The position numbers were made by a program, and so were the translations under genes. This document shows positions 39,719-51,752 of a stretch of DNA of 64,000 nucleotides, piece after piece. Positions within the stretch are counted from its first letter, which is position 1. Every line of letters begins with the position of its first letter. Below the pieces are notes generated by a model. It was not told the DNA's origin and ran no database searches. It was given only the letters and a program-made list of their open reading frames with translations. Source of the stretch: an uncultured Chthonomonadaceae bacterium (lineage in GTDB: Bacteria; Armatimonadota; Chthonomonadetes; Chthonomonadales; Chthonomonadaceae). Location of the stretch: NCBI GenBank assembly GCA_963817895.1, contig CAWFQB010000014.1:480001-544000 (forward strand), in the 5' to 3' direction.

Positions 39719-42207
39719 ATGAGTATTGGGCGCTTCTCTCCACTGTTGCGGCACACGCTATCCGCATTTCTGATGACGCTGCTGTTTGGCAGCCCGCTTG
39801 TGTCCGCGTGGGCCGACATTCCCGCCGTTCCCACGCAGCACAACGATAACGCTCGCACCGGAGCCAACCTTCAGGAGACCATTCTGACGCCTGCCAACGT
39901 CACGACGGCAAAGTTCGGCAAGCTGTTCACTCGCAATCTGGACGCCAACGTGAACGGCCAGGTGCTGTATGTGCCACATGTGAGTATCAACGGCGCGTTT
40001 CACAACGTTATCTATGCCTACACCTCCAACAACTCCAACAATTCGCCGTGCAGCCTGTACGCCTTCGATGCCGACGATCCCGCCGCTTCCGCGTTTCTCT
40101 GGCGGCATCAGTTCACCAATTCCGCGCAATGGACGCAGTGCGCTCCCGCCATTGACATTCAGAATCAGATCATCTATGTTCTGACCAAAGACAACAACGA
40201 TAACGGCGCGACCCGGATGCGCGCCCTGAGCCTGACAACCGGCGCGGAACTGCCCGGCAGCCCGATCACCGTTGCCGCTTCTGTTCCGGGAACGGGCGAC
40301 GGCAGCGTCAATGGCGTGGTCTCCTTCGATACCTCTCACGCCAACTGCCGGCCCGGTCTTCTGCTGCTCAACGGCGTGGTTTACTGCGCCTTCGCGCACA
40401 ATACCGACAGTTTCCCCTATCACGGCTGGATTTTCGGCTACCATTACGATGGGACTCAGTTCACGCAGTCCGCCGTGTTCAACACCTCCCCAAATGGCGG
40501 TCTGGACGGCATCTGGCAGGCAGGCAAGGGATTGTCCGCCGATCTGGACGGCAACATCTACTGTTCCATCGGCAACGGCACGTTCGATCCCGCCCATGGA
40601 AGCTACGGCATGTGCTATCTGAAACTCAGTTCGCCCAACCTGACCGTACTGGACTGGTTCGCCCCTTACGATGAGCAGGCGCAGAGCGATGCCGATAATG
40701 ACCTGGGCAATACCGGCCTTGTGGGTATTCCAGGAACCAACCGCCTTTTCGCCGGAGCGACAAAGTTCGGCACGGCGTTTCTGCTCGACTCGACCCATCT
40801 GGCGGATTCACGCCGAACGGCCCGGACCAGGTTGTGCAGCGCCTGAACAACATAAGCAACAATGACAATGTGGGACAGAACCCCATCGTGTGGGATGCTG
40901 GGACAGTCAAATACGCCTATGTATGGCCGAGCGGCTACCAGGCGCGGCAGTTCCGTTATGACACCACGCAAAATCAATTGAACCCGGCTGGAATATGGAA
41001 GCAAACCACCAATGCGACAAACGGCGGTTCGCTTACCGTTACCGCCAATGGCAATACGGGAGGCATTTTGTGGGCGGCGGACAATAATGGCGTGTTTCAT
41101 GCCTTTGATGCCACCGACCTCAGCAAACCGGAGTTGTGGAACAGCAGTCAAAACAGCGCGCGCGATTCGCTCGGCTCCGTGGGACACTTCCAGTTTCCCA
41201 CGGTTGTAAACGGCAAAGCCTACGTGCCGACCGGCGGAGCCTCCATTGCGGTTTACGGCCTGCTGCCTACCAATTCCGTGTCGCTTATCAACGGCAGTTT
41301 CGAGACGCCGAGCGTGGGCTACGGCGGGTATCAGTACAATCCGGGCGTCAGCAGCGGCTGGACGTTCGGCGGCAACAGCGGCATCCAGAGCAACGGCAGC
41401 GCGTGGGGCGCGTCCAATGCGTCCGATGGCGTCCAGACGGCCTTTTTGCAGGGCGGCAGCGTGAGCAGCATCAGCCAGAGCGTGACCTTCCCGGCAGCGG
41501 GCAACTACACGCTCACCTTCCAGGCGGCGCGGCGCTACAATCAGGCGCAGCCTCTTCAGTTCAGCGTGGATGGCGCAAACGTGGGCGCGACGATCACCCC
41601 GGCCAGCAGTTCGTTCCAGACCTTCACCCTCAACTTCACCGTCAGCGCGGCGGGAACCCACACCCTCAAACTTGCCACTACCGACGCCGCCGAAGATGTC
41701 ACCACCTTCATAGACCAGGTTAATCTTGCCGTCGCGTCTACAACCCCTATGCTGGCAAACGGCAGTTTCGAGACGCCGAGCGTGGGCTACGGCGGGTATC
41801 AGTACAATCCGGGCGTCAGCAGCGGCTGGACGTTCGGCGGCAACAGCGGCATCCAGAGCAACGGCAGCGCGTGGGGCGCGTCCAATGCGTCCGATGGCGT
41901 CCAGACGGCCTTTTTGCAGGGCGGCAGCGTGAGCAGCATCAGCCAGAGCGTGACCTTCCCGGCAGCGGGCAACTACACGCTCACCTTCCAGGCGGCGCGG
42001 CGCTACAATCAGGCGCAGCCTCTTCAGTTCAGCGTGGATGGCGCAAACGTGGGCGCGACGATCACCCCGGCCAGCAGTTCGTTCCAGACCTTCACCCTCA
42101 ACTTCACCGTCAGCGCGGCGGGAACCCACACCCTCAAACTTGCCACTACCGACGCCGCCGAAGATGTCACCACCTTCGTGGATCAAGTGGTTCTTGGTTC
42201 TCAATAG
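39719..42207 (+). CDS. Secreted PQQ-like beta-propeller protein with two identical DUF642-like sugar-binding modules (frameshift near 40800)
   Basis: HNDNARTGANLQETILTP, GIWQAG, PTVVNGKAYV; NGSFETP...QTAFLQ modules x2. Confidence 0.8.
41290..42177 (+). repeat. Intragenic 420-bp direct repeat (41290-41709 and 41758-42177)
   Basis: Copies appear identical by eye, offset 468 bp. Confidence 0.9.
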
Positions 42208-42253
42208 CGCGAGTGAACTGATCTGACGACCTTAGTTCAGGCGTCCACATAAG

Positions 42254-42299
42254 AAACCCCTTCTCCGATGTAGTAAAGACTACGCCGGAGAAGGGGTTT
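42254..42299. terminator. Bidirectional hairpin between convergent genes
   Basis: AAACCCCTTCTCCG...CGGAGAAGGGGTTT. Confidence 0.7.
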
Positions 42300-42320
42300 A
42301 TTTATGGAGATAAAAGCAGA

Positions 42321-44445
42321 TCACAGCTGCTTTTGCAGGGTCACGCAGTCCAGCCCGAAATACGTGGCCTTGCCTTTTGCCAGCGGGTTCGCGCCCGCAA
42401 CTTCGACGCGCAACAGCAGTTTGCCGTTTTGGGGCGTGAACGCTCCCAACTCTATCGGCCCGCTTGCCATTGGTTCCGCGCTGTACGCGTCGTAATCCGC
42501 GCCCGCTTTTTGTCCGTTGATGGCAAAGCGCAGAACCGCGTAATCAAAACTCTTTGTGCTGTACAGCGTCACTCTCACAGGCTCATTTCCGGGCGCGGCA
42601 ATTTCCAGTTCGATGTAATCCCCGACTTTCGCGGCCTGAACGAACAACTGTTTGCCGCCGCTCCAGCCGCCCTGCTTCAATCCTCCGCCCTGCGTGGAAG
42701 TTTGTACGCCGGTAGCCGTCGCGTGGATTGGCAGGGTCTCACATTCGATTGCGCCCGCTATCTGAATGACTCCCGGCTTGACGGGAACTGCGCGGACAGG
42801 CAAAACGGCCTCCTGCGGTTGCGGCAAACGGTTGTGTTTTGCGCCTGGACGGGCGTACCAGAAGGTCGCCGCCGCGTAATCCACCTGCGTATCCGCCCAG
42901 TTCCAGATTTCCATATCCATTTTCAGGCCAGTTCGCATGGGGATGCCGTCCAGCAGGCGCAGGCGGGACGTGGTCGTATAGCCGCGCCAGTCGTCACGGT
43001 CGGGCGTGTCGCGCATCGGCGTGGACAGAAACGGCGAACTGAAATACGTCGCCATTCCCCAGGCGTACCCGTAATAATCTTCTGTTCCCGTGCCGATGTG
43101 CGAGGGAAACGTTTCGCCATCCACATACACGCGCTCATCGCCCTCGCCGTACCACTCGCCAACAGGCGTGAACACGCTCAGGGTATCGCCCACGTAAACG
43201 CCCTCGCCCTGAATGTCAATGTAGTTCCAATCGGTATAGGGGCGCGTCTTGATATTCGACTTCGCCGTGCCAGTTGGCATGAAAATACAGGCTGCGGTCA
43301 TCCCAGTGCCAGGGCGCGGTTTCCGCCGATAATTTCACGGCAAGCGGCTTTGTCCCCATATTTTTGAGAGTAATGCGCCCGCTGCGCTGATACGGCATCA
43401 CCCATCGCGCCGTAAATTTGCCATCTTCGACCACGCTGCGATACCAGTCCTGAACGGCATGAAAGCGCGGCCCCGCGCCGAAGAAATCGCCAAGCGGACA
43501 CCACACCGTCTGCTCATCATCAAACGTTGCCTGCACAATCAGCGAACGGACAGCCTGCGGCGCGTCCTTCGGGTCAATCTCCACCTGCAAATGACGCGCC
43601 GCCCGCGACCCGCTTTCCAGTTCCAGCGTTTTCTCACCGCCCGGAGCAAGCAGGGTTGGCGCGTCCGGCTGTTCCACAGAATGTTTCCGGCCTACAGGTT
43701 CCGCAGAAGCGGATTGAGAACTGGACGCTAATAGACTGCCCACGCGCTCTATTGTGGGAGTCGCCGCCTTGAAATCGTCCATAGAAAACGTTTGCACAGC
43801 AGTACCGGGGGCATATGCCCGATAGTTGATGATGTAATAAAACGGCAGGCTGTCCAGCGTGATTTTGCAGTGTTTCGCGAAGGGGATAGGCAGGTACATG
43901 TCGCCCGCAATGCCGCGCAGGGTTTTGGGAGCCGTTTCCTTTTGCCTGCGAACGTTCGTATCATTCCACGCCACAAACGCGAACGGCGGCGGCACAAAGC
44001 CCCGCCCGCCAAGCAGGTCGTTGAACTTCGCGGCAATGGCTGGCTCGGTGTCGCCATCGAAATAAAAGCGGATGATCTGATTGTCGCGGTCAGCGAGGAG
44101 AGGCAGCCAGAAGCGCGTGATCGCTCCCGGCCCCGCATCGTCCATTATCACCCATTCTCGCCGTCCCTCGTGGACTTCGGTTCGGAGGAACTGTTCCAGA
44201 TCGTGATTGGAGTGCCAGGCAGCCCGGTTGCCGGGATCGCGCTTCTCAATATCGTGACTGCTCGCCTGTTTCAGCGTATAGGCAGGGGAAGGGCGTTTCG
44301 CCACCGCGTCACGATCAACCATTTCCCCCAGCAAAGACGTCAATGTCACGCGCTTCGGCGCGCTTCCCGCCCCTGCCGGCAACAAACTCGCAAGAATGCA
44401 ACCCATCAGCAGTACGCCCGGCACAATCCGTTTTAATAATATCAA
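42321..44445 (-). CDS. DUF2961 / GH172-like glycoside hydrolase (frameshift near 43260)
   Basis: GPGAITRFW, CPLGDFFG, WYGEGDERVYVDGE, GTGTEDYYG. Confidence 0.85.
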
Positions 44446-44461
44446 TTGCCCGCCTCCATCG

Positions 44462-45241
44462 TCAAGAATTATTTAGCCCCTGCTTCAGCCGCTTTGCAAT
44501 CTCGAGCGCATCGCCGGTCGCCGCGCCCAGGGCGGTATTGTCGAAGATGCACCACGCGGGACTGGATGGCAGCGCGTCTTTCAAATTTTGCGCCAGCGTT
44601 TTCAGGGATTCCTCGGAATAGGCCGAATAGTACATGCGTGGCGAACCGTGCAGCCGATAGTACGCCATGCCCCGCCACCCACCTGGCTTCGCCGCTTGCG
44701 GAACGGGCGCGGGATCGGCGGCGACACGGGCAATATGGAAGTCCATCAAAATCTGCGTCGCTTCCGTTCTGAACCAATCAGCGTGTCGGGGTTCACAAAC
44801 AACATTGCCCGCAAAACGTTCGCGCAGTTCGCTAAAGAATGATTGGGCAATTTGCGTCTCAAATCCCAGACTCGGCGGAAGCTGAACCAGCAACGGCCCC
44901 AACTTATCTCCCAACCCGGACACTTCCGCGAGAAAGCGCTCAAGTGGCGCGTCCGCGCCGACAAGTTTAAGCTGATGCGTGATCTCTTTCGGAACCTTGA
45001 CGGCGAAGCGAAAGTCTGCGTATACGGACGCCGCCCAACGCGCATACGTAGATTGACGATGCGGCCTGTAAAAAGAAGAGTTGATTTCTACCCCGGCAAA
45101 ACGCTGCCCGTAGCGCGTAAGATGCGTCCCCTCCTGGGGAAATTCCTCCGCGTACTCCTTTGGCAGCGACCAACCGGCCGTGCCAATATACACGGGAGAA
45201 TGATTCGCGCCCTCAATTGTGGCAGTCTGATCTATTTCCAA
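44462..45241 (-). CDS. DUF72 domain protein
   Basis: IGTAGW, VEINSSFY, QLPPS, EPRHADW, YYRLHG, FDN. Confidence 0.92.
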   Translation of the reverse strand: MEIDQTATIEGANHSPVYIGTAGWSLPKEYAEEFPQEGTHLTRYGQRFAGVEINSSFYRPHRQSTYARWAASVYADFRFAVKVPKEITHQLKLVGADAPLERFLAEVSGLGDKLGPLLVQLPPSLGFETQIAQSFFSELRERFAGNVVCEPRHADWFRTEATQILMDFHIARVAADPAPVPQAAKPGGWRGMAYYRLHGSPRMYYSAYSEESLKTLAQNLKDALPSSPAWCIFDNTALGAATGDALEIAKRLKQGLNNS

Positions 45242-45259
45242 TTTCCTCCCACAACCGCC

Positions 45260-46159
45260 TTATTTGGTTTTCCAGATTTCGGTAATGGGACGCGCCTTCC
45301 CGGTTGCGCCGAGCAGTGGCAGGCCATACATCTCTTCTATAGTTCGCAGCAGATTGTGATGATTGTACGTTTGCTTGTACACTCCGGGCTGAACCATTTG
45401 GCCTACCATAATGGTTGGGATATGGTTACGCGCCGGATTATAACGCAGTAAATGGTTGTCCTCATCCCAGGTGACGATGAGCAGGCTGTTGTGGGTTTTG
45501 GCCCACTCGACATACCCGTTGAGATGCTGCTGTAACCAGGTGTCGGCCTGCGTGATGCGCTGCGGATCGTGTCCATTGTGCATATCGTCCCACAGGTTGG
45601 GAATCACAAAGGCGACGGTAGGCAGGGTTTCGTAGCGCGTGGGGAACGCGGTAAGCGGCTGGCTGAACTGTGGGTCTACATCCGCAAAATCTACCCAGGG
45701 GCAGTGCTTGCGGGCATAGGAGGGTATTCTTACCGGAGCAAAGACATCGGGCGCTCCGACGCGCGGCAAGTCTTCCGCATACCCTCGAAACGTCAAACCC
45801 GCTTTTATCAGCGAACCGCCCAAACTGGGAACCGTCAGGCGCGTGGCAGGGACGCTATCATTCCATATCCCCTGATTGGAACCCGAAAAAATCTCAATAT
45901 AGTTGGGCTGGCTGGGATGGTGAAAAGAGAGGAAATCGGAGAACGACGCGCCCTGTTTCGCAAGAGAATTCAGATACGGCGCGGCGGCAGACCCGATGAT
46001 CTGACCATACGCCTTGTTCTCTTCAATCACCACAATCACATGGTCGGGTTTTGGCAGATGCGTTTGCGCCGCGCATGGAGGGGCGGAAAGGCGCAGCAAC
46101 AGGGTGAGGAGCGACAAGCGAACAAGCAAAAGGCGATAAATCGGCGGAGCAGTTTTCAT
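45260..46159 (-). CDS. Secreted phosphoesterase / acid phosphatase (alkaline phosphatase superfamily)
   Basis: HVIVVIEEN, HPSQPNY, RKHCPW, DDMH, TWDED. Confidence 0.88.
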   Translation of the reverse strand: MKTAPPIYRLLLVRLSLLTLLLRLSAPPCAAQTHLPKPDHVIVVIEENKAYGQIIGSAAAPYLNSLAKQGASFSDFLSFHHPSQPNYIEIFSGSNQGIWNDSVPATRLTVPSLGGSLIKAGLTFRGYAEDLPRVGAPDVFAPVRIPSYARKHCPWVDFADVDPQFSQPLTAFPTRYETLPTVAFVIPNLWDDMHNGHDPQRITQADTWLQQHLNGYVEWAKTHNSLLIVTWDEDNHLLRYNPARNHIPTIMVGQMVQPGVYKQTYNHHNLLRTIEEMYGLPLLGATGKARPITEIWKTK

Positions 46160-46351
46160 TCGTCCGTCAGCCTTTTGTGAGTAGTGGAATTGACAGGTTA
46201 TTTTCATAGCGTTTTGATTCCACATTCGGCAGGAGAATCCCTGCTTACGAGGCAACAATTGGCGACAAAGCGACATTCTCGCAGGAATTTGCGGTTACGG
46301 CATCGAACTTCGCTCCCATCACAACACCATTTTGAGGTTATCACATACTCT

Positions 46352-47332
46352 ATGAACCGACCACCCGCCGAATACGCGCTGCTATCCGCCGATGAACTGC
46401 GCTCGTTTATCACACAGGTATTTACGCATGTTTCCATGCCTGAAGAAAAGGCCGCTTTTCTCGCCGATCTCCTCGTTACGAACGATCTGCGCGGCGTTTT
46501 CAGTCACGGCACGCAGCAGACGCCCCGCTACGTCCAGCACTTCCAGCAGGGTGAATTGACGCCCACACCTGAAATTACCACGATTGCGGAAACGCCAACC
46601 ACGCTTGTTCTCAATGGCGGCGGCGGATTGGGCTATTTTTCCTGTCATCAGGCCGTGACGCGCCTGACCGTCAAAGCGCGAGAGTCCGGCATTGCCGTCG
46701 CCACCACGCGCAATCACGGGCATTTCGGCGCGGCGGGCATTTACGCCCGTATTCCGCTTGCGCAGGATTTCTTTTGTTATGTCACGTCGGGCCATCAGCT
46801 AAACCTGCATCCGGGCGATTTCGTCATGTCGGCGGCGGGCGGTTCCCCGATGGCCTTCGGTATTCCCACCGGAGAAGAACCACCCTTTGTCCTTGATTTC
46901 GGCGCTATCCACGATATGTACCTGGGGCCGGAAGCCATGAAGCCAATTCTGGAACTCGCGCCCAGTACCGTTCTGCGCAGTTTCGGGATGGGATGCGCCT
47001 GCCAGGCGCTTGGCGGGCTGCTGTGCGGCGTCCCGCTCGATACGGAACGGGCGCAGCGCCAGTGGCCGGGAGCCAATCAGGGCAGTTTCATGATTGTTGT
47101 GGACATCAGCAAACTGTTTCCGCTCGAACAATTCAAACACGAAATGGACGAATACGCGCGCCGGGTGCGGCAACTGATGCCCTTTTCGGGAGTGGAACAC
47201 GCGCGCCTGCCGGGAGCGGTGGAATGGGAACGCGAACAGCGCAGCAAGCAAGAGGGCATTCCAATCGGGCAGCAACACGCGGAAGCCCTGCGCAAGTTGG
47301 CTGTAGAATTTCATCTTCCGACGCCACTTTAG
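46352..47332 (+). CDS. Ldh_2 family oxidoreductase
   Basis: DLRGVFSHG, NHGHFGAAG, PFVLDF, RLPG. Confidence 0.85.
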   Translation: MNRPPAEYALLSADELRSFITQVFTHVSMPEEKAAFLADLLVTNDLRGVFSHGTQQTPRYVQHFQQGELTPTPEITTIAETPTTLVLNGGGGLGYFSCHQAVTRLTVKARESGIAVATTRNHGHFGAAGIYARIPLAQDFFCYVTSGHQLNLHPGDFVMSAAGGSPMAFGIPTGEEPPFVLDFGAIHDMYLGPEAMKPILELAPSTVLRSFGMGCACQALGGLLCGVPLDTERAQRQWPGANQGSFMIVVDISKLFPLEQFKHEMDEYARRVRQLMPFSGVEHARLPGAVEWEREQRSKQEGIPIGQQHAEALRKLAVEFHLPTPL

Positions 47333-47379
47333 AAACGTTAGCATCCAACTAATAACCTAATCTTCCGCAAAACCATCAA

Positions 47380-47480
47380 CGTAGGGACACATCTTGTTGT
47401 GTCCGCCCCCGGCAGAGAATAGCCCGCATACAGCCGGACACAACCGGACACAACCGGACATAACAAGTTGTGTCCCTACG
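47380..47480. repeat. GTAG-type REP inverted pair (second subfamily)
   Basis: CGTAGGGACACATCTTGTTGTGTCC ... GGACATAACAAGTTGTGTCCCTACG with internal CCGGACACAA repeats. Confidence 0.7.
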
Positions 47481-47529
47481 AGCGTTTGTTTATACATGAC
47501 TTGATTTAGAAAACCACACTCAAGAAGGT

Positions 47530-48792
47530 ATGAGGCAATCATTGGGTATTGAAACATCAAGACGAGAATTTGTGCAGGGATGCTTGATCTCTCCGTTGGC
47601 CCTTTCATCACTGCCAGGGGCAGAAGCGCAGGAGTTTGTTCCGGCTGCGCGTCCAAAACTGGCGGTAATTTTAACGCAGTACGGCGCGACCAGTCACGGG
47701 CTTTGCTACTGCACAAAATTTCTGGAAGGCAAGCAATTCGATGACCATTTTGAGCCGCCGCGCTGTGATGTGGCGGCGATTCATCTGATGGAAATCGCTT
47801 CCAACGACATCGGGATTGCCACCGCAAAGCAGCATAATGTGCCGATGTACCCCTCCGTAGCAACCGCGCTGTGTCAGGGCGGGGATACGCTGGCTGTGGA
47901 TGGCGTCGTGATTGTCGGGGAGCATGGAACGTATCCCCTTAATGCGAAGGGACAGCAGTTGTACCCGCGCCGGGAATTGTTCGATCAGGTTGTCAATGTG
48001 TTCCGACAGTCCGGGCGCGTCGTGCCGGTCTTCAACGACAAGCATCTGAGCTGGAACTGGACATGGGCCAAATACATGTGGCGAACCGTTCAGAACATGA
48101 AAATTCCCTACATGGCGGGGAGCAGTCTGCCGTTCTCGAAGTTTGAGCCGCTTGTTGCCCTGCCCCATCACGCGAAATTAGATCATGTTATCGCGCTCGG
48201 CTACGGCGGATTGGAAGCGTATGGCTTTCACGCGCTGGAAACGGGCCAGCATATCGTGGAGTGTCGGGCGGGCGGCGAGGTGGGGGTAAGAAGCGTGCAG
48301 GTTCTTTCCGGGCAAGACGTTTGGGACGCCCACAATGCGGGACGATGGCCTAAAGAGATTGCTGAAGCCATGTTCGCAGCCGTGAAACAACCGGCAGGCA
48401 AGCCCCAAACTTCCACAAACGATGTTCAAGCGTTCGATATCACTTACCGCGACGGCCAGCGCATGACGGTTTTGATGCTGAACGGCTACTCGCAGGAGTT
48501 CGCGTTCGCGTACCGGGTCAAGGGCGCATCGGAAATCACTGCCGCGTCCTACCGTTTGGACGACCCGCCCCGCTTAAAGCACTTTTCCGCTACAGTCCGC
48601 GCGCTGGAAGAGATGTACCTTTCCGGCAAGCCGACAGCGGCATCCGGCGAACGAACTTATCTGACAACGGGCATTCTCGCGTATGGCATGGAGAGTCATT
48701 ACAAAGGCGGAATCAAACTCGACACGCCCGACCTGAACATCGCGTACAAACCCATGCCCGTACCCGCCCACTGGAAAGAGGTCATGCGATAG
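47530..48792 (+). CDS. Conserved hypothetical, oxidoreductase-like protein with Tat-like signal
   Basis: SRREFV signal; LAVDGVVIVGEHGTYP, PVFNDKHLS, MAGSSLP, YGFHALE. Confidence 0.6.
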   Translation: MRQSLGIETSRREFVQGCLISPLALSSLPGAEAQEFVPAARPKLAVILTQYGATSHGLCYCTKFLEGKQFDDHFEPPRCDVAAIHLMEIASNDIGIATAKQHNVPMYPSVATALCQGGDTLAVDGVVIVGEHGTYPLNAKGQQLYPRRELFDQVVNVFRQSGRVVPVFNDKHLSWNWTWAKYMWRTVQNMKIPYMAGSSLPFSKFEPLVALPHHAKLDHVIALGYGGLEAYGFHALETGQHIVECRAGGEVGVRSVQVLSGQDVWDAHNAGRWPKEIAEAMFAAVKQPAGKPQTSTNDVQAFDITYRDGQRMTVLMLNGYSQEFAFAYRVKGASEITAASYRLDDPPRLKHFSATVRALEEMYLSGKPTAASGERTYLTTGILAYGMESHYKGGIKLDTPDLNIAYKPMPVPAHWKEVMR

Positions 48793-48844
48793 CGGGAAGA
48801 GGGGGATATATGTTCTCTGCATATCCAACGCAACGGGAGATGAA

Positions 48845-49717
48845 TCACCTTGCCCGGTTAAGATACATCTGGGCAAAGGCTACGAGCGCGAGGATGGCGA
48901 ACCAGAGCCAGCCCTGCCGCAGCCGTGACACATTCGTTACTTTATTCGACCACGCGAATATTGAAAACAGGGTGGCGACGGTTACGAGCAGGAGGAACTC
49001 GCGGGGCAAAACCCCCTGCCAGCACAAACCATACGCGCCCAGTAATCCTGTCCCCGTACACGCCATGCCCGCCCACTCTGCGCGAGGCGGGGCGATACGA
49101 TAACCAAGTTTGCGATCCCGTTCCCGCAGCAACACCCGTGACCGAGTAGACGCGCCCAGATGCAGGCTCACGAAAACCAGGTACCCCAGCGCGGTAACAG
49201 AATGGGTTCCCCACAACGCCCCACATTCCAGCCGTAAAATCGGGTTGAGCATCCCGCTCAATAACAGCACCGCCCACCAGTACCGCTTGCCCCGGATTGG
49301 CGGCATACAGTACGCTAATTGGCCGAGCGCCATCAGCAGGCACAATCCCCCTAATTTCAGCGACAAACACCCCGCGCTCGCGCATACGACACCGCACGAG
49401 GTCAGCAACAGCAGACGCATTTTTCGAGCCACCAGCATCTGATGCTCATGCATCAAATCGGTAGCTTCGTTAATGGCGTAAAGAATCGTCCACAGCGCGG
49501 CAGTGACAATCATCGTCAATCCCACGCCCGGCTGATTGAATTGCCCGCCCGCCATATAAACGCCCAAAGCCACCATGATCGGCGTTTTCGCGATTACCGG
49601 CAGACGGTGCGCAGGCAGCAATTGCGCCCACGTCGCGCGATTGGCATCCACCACAGCGTAGCTGTGCGCGTGGGATTCTAAGGAAATAGAAAAGGGGGAG
49701 AAGTTTTCGCTCTGCAT
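48845..49717 (-). CDS. UbiA-like prenyltransferase family membrane protein
   Basis: YAINEATD Asp-rich motif, YCMPPIRGKR, ERDRKLG; multi-TM. Confidence 0.6.
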   Translation of the reverse strand: MQSENFSPFSISLESHAHSYAVVDANRATWAQLLPAHRLPVIAKTPIMVALGVYMAGGQFNQPGVGLTMIVTAALWTILYAINEATDLMHEHQMLVARKMRLLLLTSCGVVCASAGCLSLKLGGLCLLMALGQLAYCMPPIRGKRYWWAVLLLSGMLNPILRLECGALWGTHSVTALGYLVFVSLHLGASTRSRVLLRERDRKLGYRIAPPRAEWAGMACTGTGLLGAYGLCWQGVLPREFLLLVTVATLFSIFAWSNKVTNVSRLRQGWLWFAILALVAFAQMYLNRAR

Positions 49718-49837
49718 TTGTAGCAGGATACCCGATGAAAGCCGTATTTGTGAAGAGAGGAGAAGAAGATACGAGATAGAGAGATACGAGATACAAGAAT
49801 GAATTCATCAACTCGTATCTCGTATCTCCTATCTTAC

Positions 49838-50932
49838 CTAACTGATTTTGGTCGTGCCGGTTGTAGTTGTCGTACCCGCAATCTGCTCCACTTCCACGTC
49901 TGTGCGGCGAACCGTGTCATGGACGGTTTCCGTGCGCTGTGTGGCTTCCTTGCCGACAACCACTTCCTCGACGATACGCGCTTCTTTGGCGACGACGGGG
50001 ACTTCCGCCGTTTCCGTAACTTCGATGACGCCCTCTTTGAAGGCCGCCATGTCGGAAGTGTTGATGGCGCGGTCTACGGGGCGGCGCTCAATCGTGACAT
50101 GCTCTTCACGCAGGTTGATGCTCTCCTGTACCGGCGTTTCCGTGACGCGGGTATAGACGCGGACGCCGCCACTCTGCACTTCCCGCTTGCCAAGCGCGAT
50201 TTGTTCCTCAATCACGGGTAGAACGGTTTCGCCCTGAGCATTTACGCGGCGTTCCGTATCCACAACTCCGAGATTTGCGCTGACGTGTTCGGTTGTGACG
50301 GGCGCGGCGGCAATGGTGGACGCGCGGACACGTTCGCGCTCTGCCGTCAGTTCTGCCGCGCTGTACGGCTGTAAATTCTCGTGAAAGCCCGTGTAGCCCG
50401 ACTGCTGATAATAGGAGGCCCGGTGATTGATGTCAACCGCGCCGTTCCGGTTCAGAACCTCGATTACGCTTTGCACCAGATTATCCGCTGCGGAAACCGT
50501 GACCAGCGTACCGCCCCGGCGTATGCCTTCCGCGAAGTAACCCGCATGTTCTTCTGGAACGCCCATATCGGTCAATGCGCCGAACAGACTGCCCGTTGTC
50601 GCTCCTGTTGCCGCGCCAACGCCCGCGCCCGTCAAACCGGCGACCAGCGGACCGGCTGCCGCAAGCGGGCCAAGTCCCGGTATCGCCAGCAAGCCCAATC
50701 CAAGCAGGATGCCGCCGATGCCGCCTGCGGTTGCGCCCACATTCGCGCCGTGTCCTGCCGGCGGCGTTCCATAATTCTTGCCCGCCGTGTCGCGCCACGT
50801 TGTATACTGATCGTTGGAGTTGTTGGCAACCACGCTGATGCTGCTTTGCGGCACGCCCATCGTTTCCAGTTCGCGCACGGCGGCTTCCGCCTGGCTGAAT
50901 TCGTCGAATAGTCCTATCACGGTCTGTGACAT
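49838..50932 (-). CDS. YsnF/AvaK (DUF2382) protein with N-terminal general stress domain
   Basis: AIPGLGPLAAAGP, EGIRRGG, EEQIALGKRE, LREEHVTIERRP, KEARIVEEV. Confidence 0.88.
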   Translation of the reverse strand: MSQTVIGLFDEFSQAEAAVRELETMGVPQSSISVVANNSNDQYTTWRDTAGKNYGTPPAGHGANVGATAGGIGGILLGLGLLAIPGLGPLAAAGPLVAGLTGAGVGAATGATTGSLFGALTDMGVPEEHAGYFAEGIRRGGTLVTVSAADNLVQSVIEVLNRNGAVDINHRASYYQQSGYTGFHENLQPYSAAELTAERERVRASTIAAAPVTTEHVSANLGVVDTERRVNAQGETVLPVIEEQIALGKREVQSGGVRVYTRVTETPVQESINLREEHVTIERRPVDRAINTSDMAAFKEGVIEVTETAEVPVVAKEARIVEEVVVGKEATQRTETVHDTVRRTDVEVEQIAGTTTTTGTTKIS

Positions 50933-50971
50933 GAGAGTTGCTCCTGTATTGTGTTGTGTATTGAGTTGTAT

Positions 50972-51002
50972 GTCCAGACGCCGAGCCTTTCGGCGTCTGG
51001 AC
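50972..51002. terminator. Hairpin between the two YsnF genes
   Basis: GTCCAGACGCCGA-5 nt-TCGGCGTCTGGAC. Confidence 0.5.
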
Positions 51003-51010
51003 GGCGCAAT

Positions 51011-51752
51011 TTAAATTTCCGAGGCCACTGCATTTACATCAGCCGAAACGGGCTGATTCGTGGCAAAACGTTCGATCTGCGCGTCTTCACGACGCAGAAT
51101 AACCTGCTGTGGCTGATGAATTTCTTCGCGCGTCATGCGAATGTGCAATTCTTCCCGCAGCATCAGGCGCTTTTCAACGACAAGCACCTCTTCCAGAATC
51201 GGGACAATCAGCACTTCGCCTTCGCGCCGCACTTCGGGGGGCGTGTCCATCACGCGATTTACCGCCACGCGCTCCACCTCAACACGGTCGGAAATCAGCG
51301 GCACATCTGCCGTCTCTTCGCGCTCGGTAACAGTCTTGGTGATGCGAACCTTACCCGTTTCCACGACGCGCTTTCCAATGGCAACCCGCTCTTCCGCAAG
51401 GGGAATCACGATTTCACCTTCAACCGAACGAGACTGATGTTCCAGTGCCTGAACTCCCGCCTGTTCGCTTATGATGTTGGCGGCAGTAACGCCGGAAGCC
51501 TGCCCCGTTGCGGTTGCAGTGAGCGTCGCCGAACCGGCGGAAGCTGTCAGGAACTCCGACAATGCGAACGGCAGGTAAAAGGAGCCATCGGCGCGGGCTG
51601 CCAGCACCGATTGCGGCACAAGCAGTTTTTGCCCGTTTTCCAGCCGTACTCCCACCATTCCATTTGCGTTGTTTTGAGCATCAGGCCAAGACTTCAACAA
51701 CGCCCCGCTGCCCGTTCGCGTCGGTCACAACTCTAGTATCCGCCTGATTCAT
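51011..51752 (-). CDS. YsnF/AvaK (DUF2382) protein (5' frameshift)
   Basis: IPLAEERVAIGKR, VPILEEVLVVEKRLMLREELHI. Confidence 0.85.

Noticed and set aside
40666..42204. 512-aa minus-strand ORF with internal repeat
   Set aside because: Antisense shadow of the duplicated module gene
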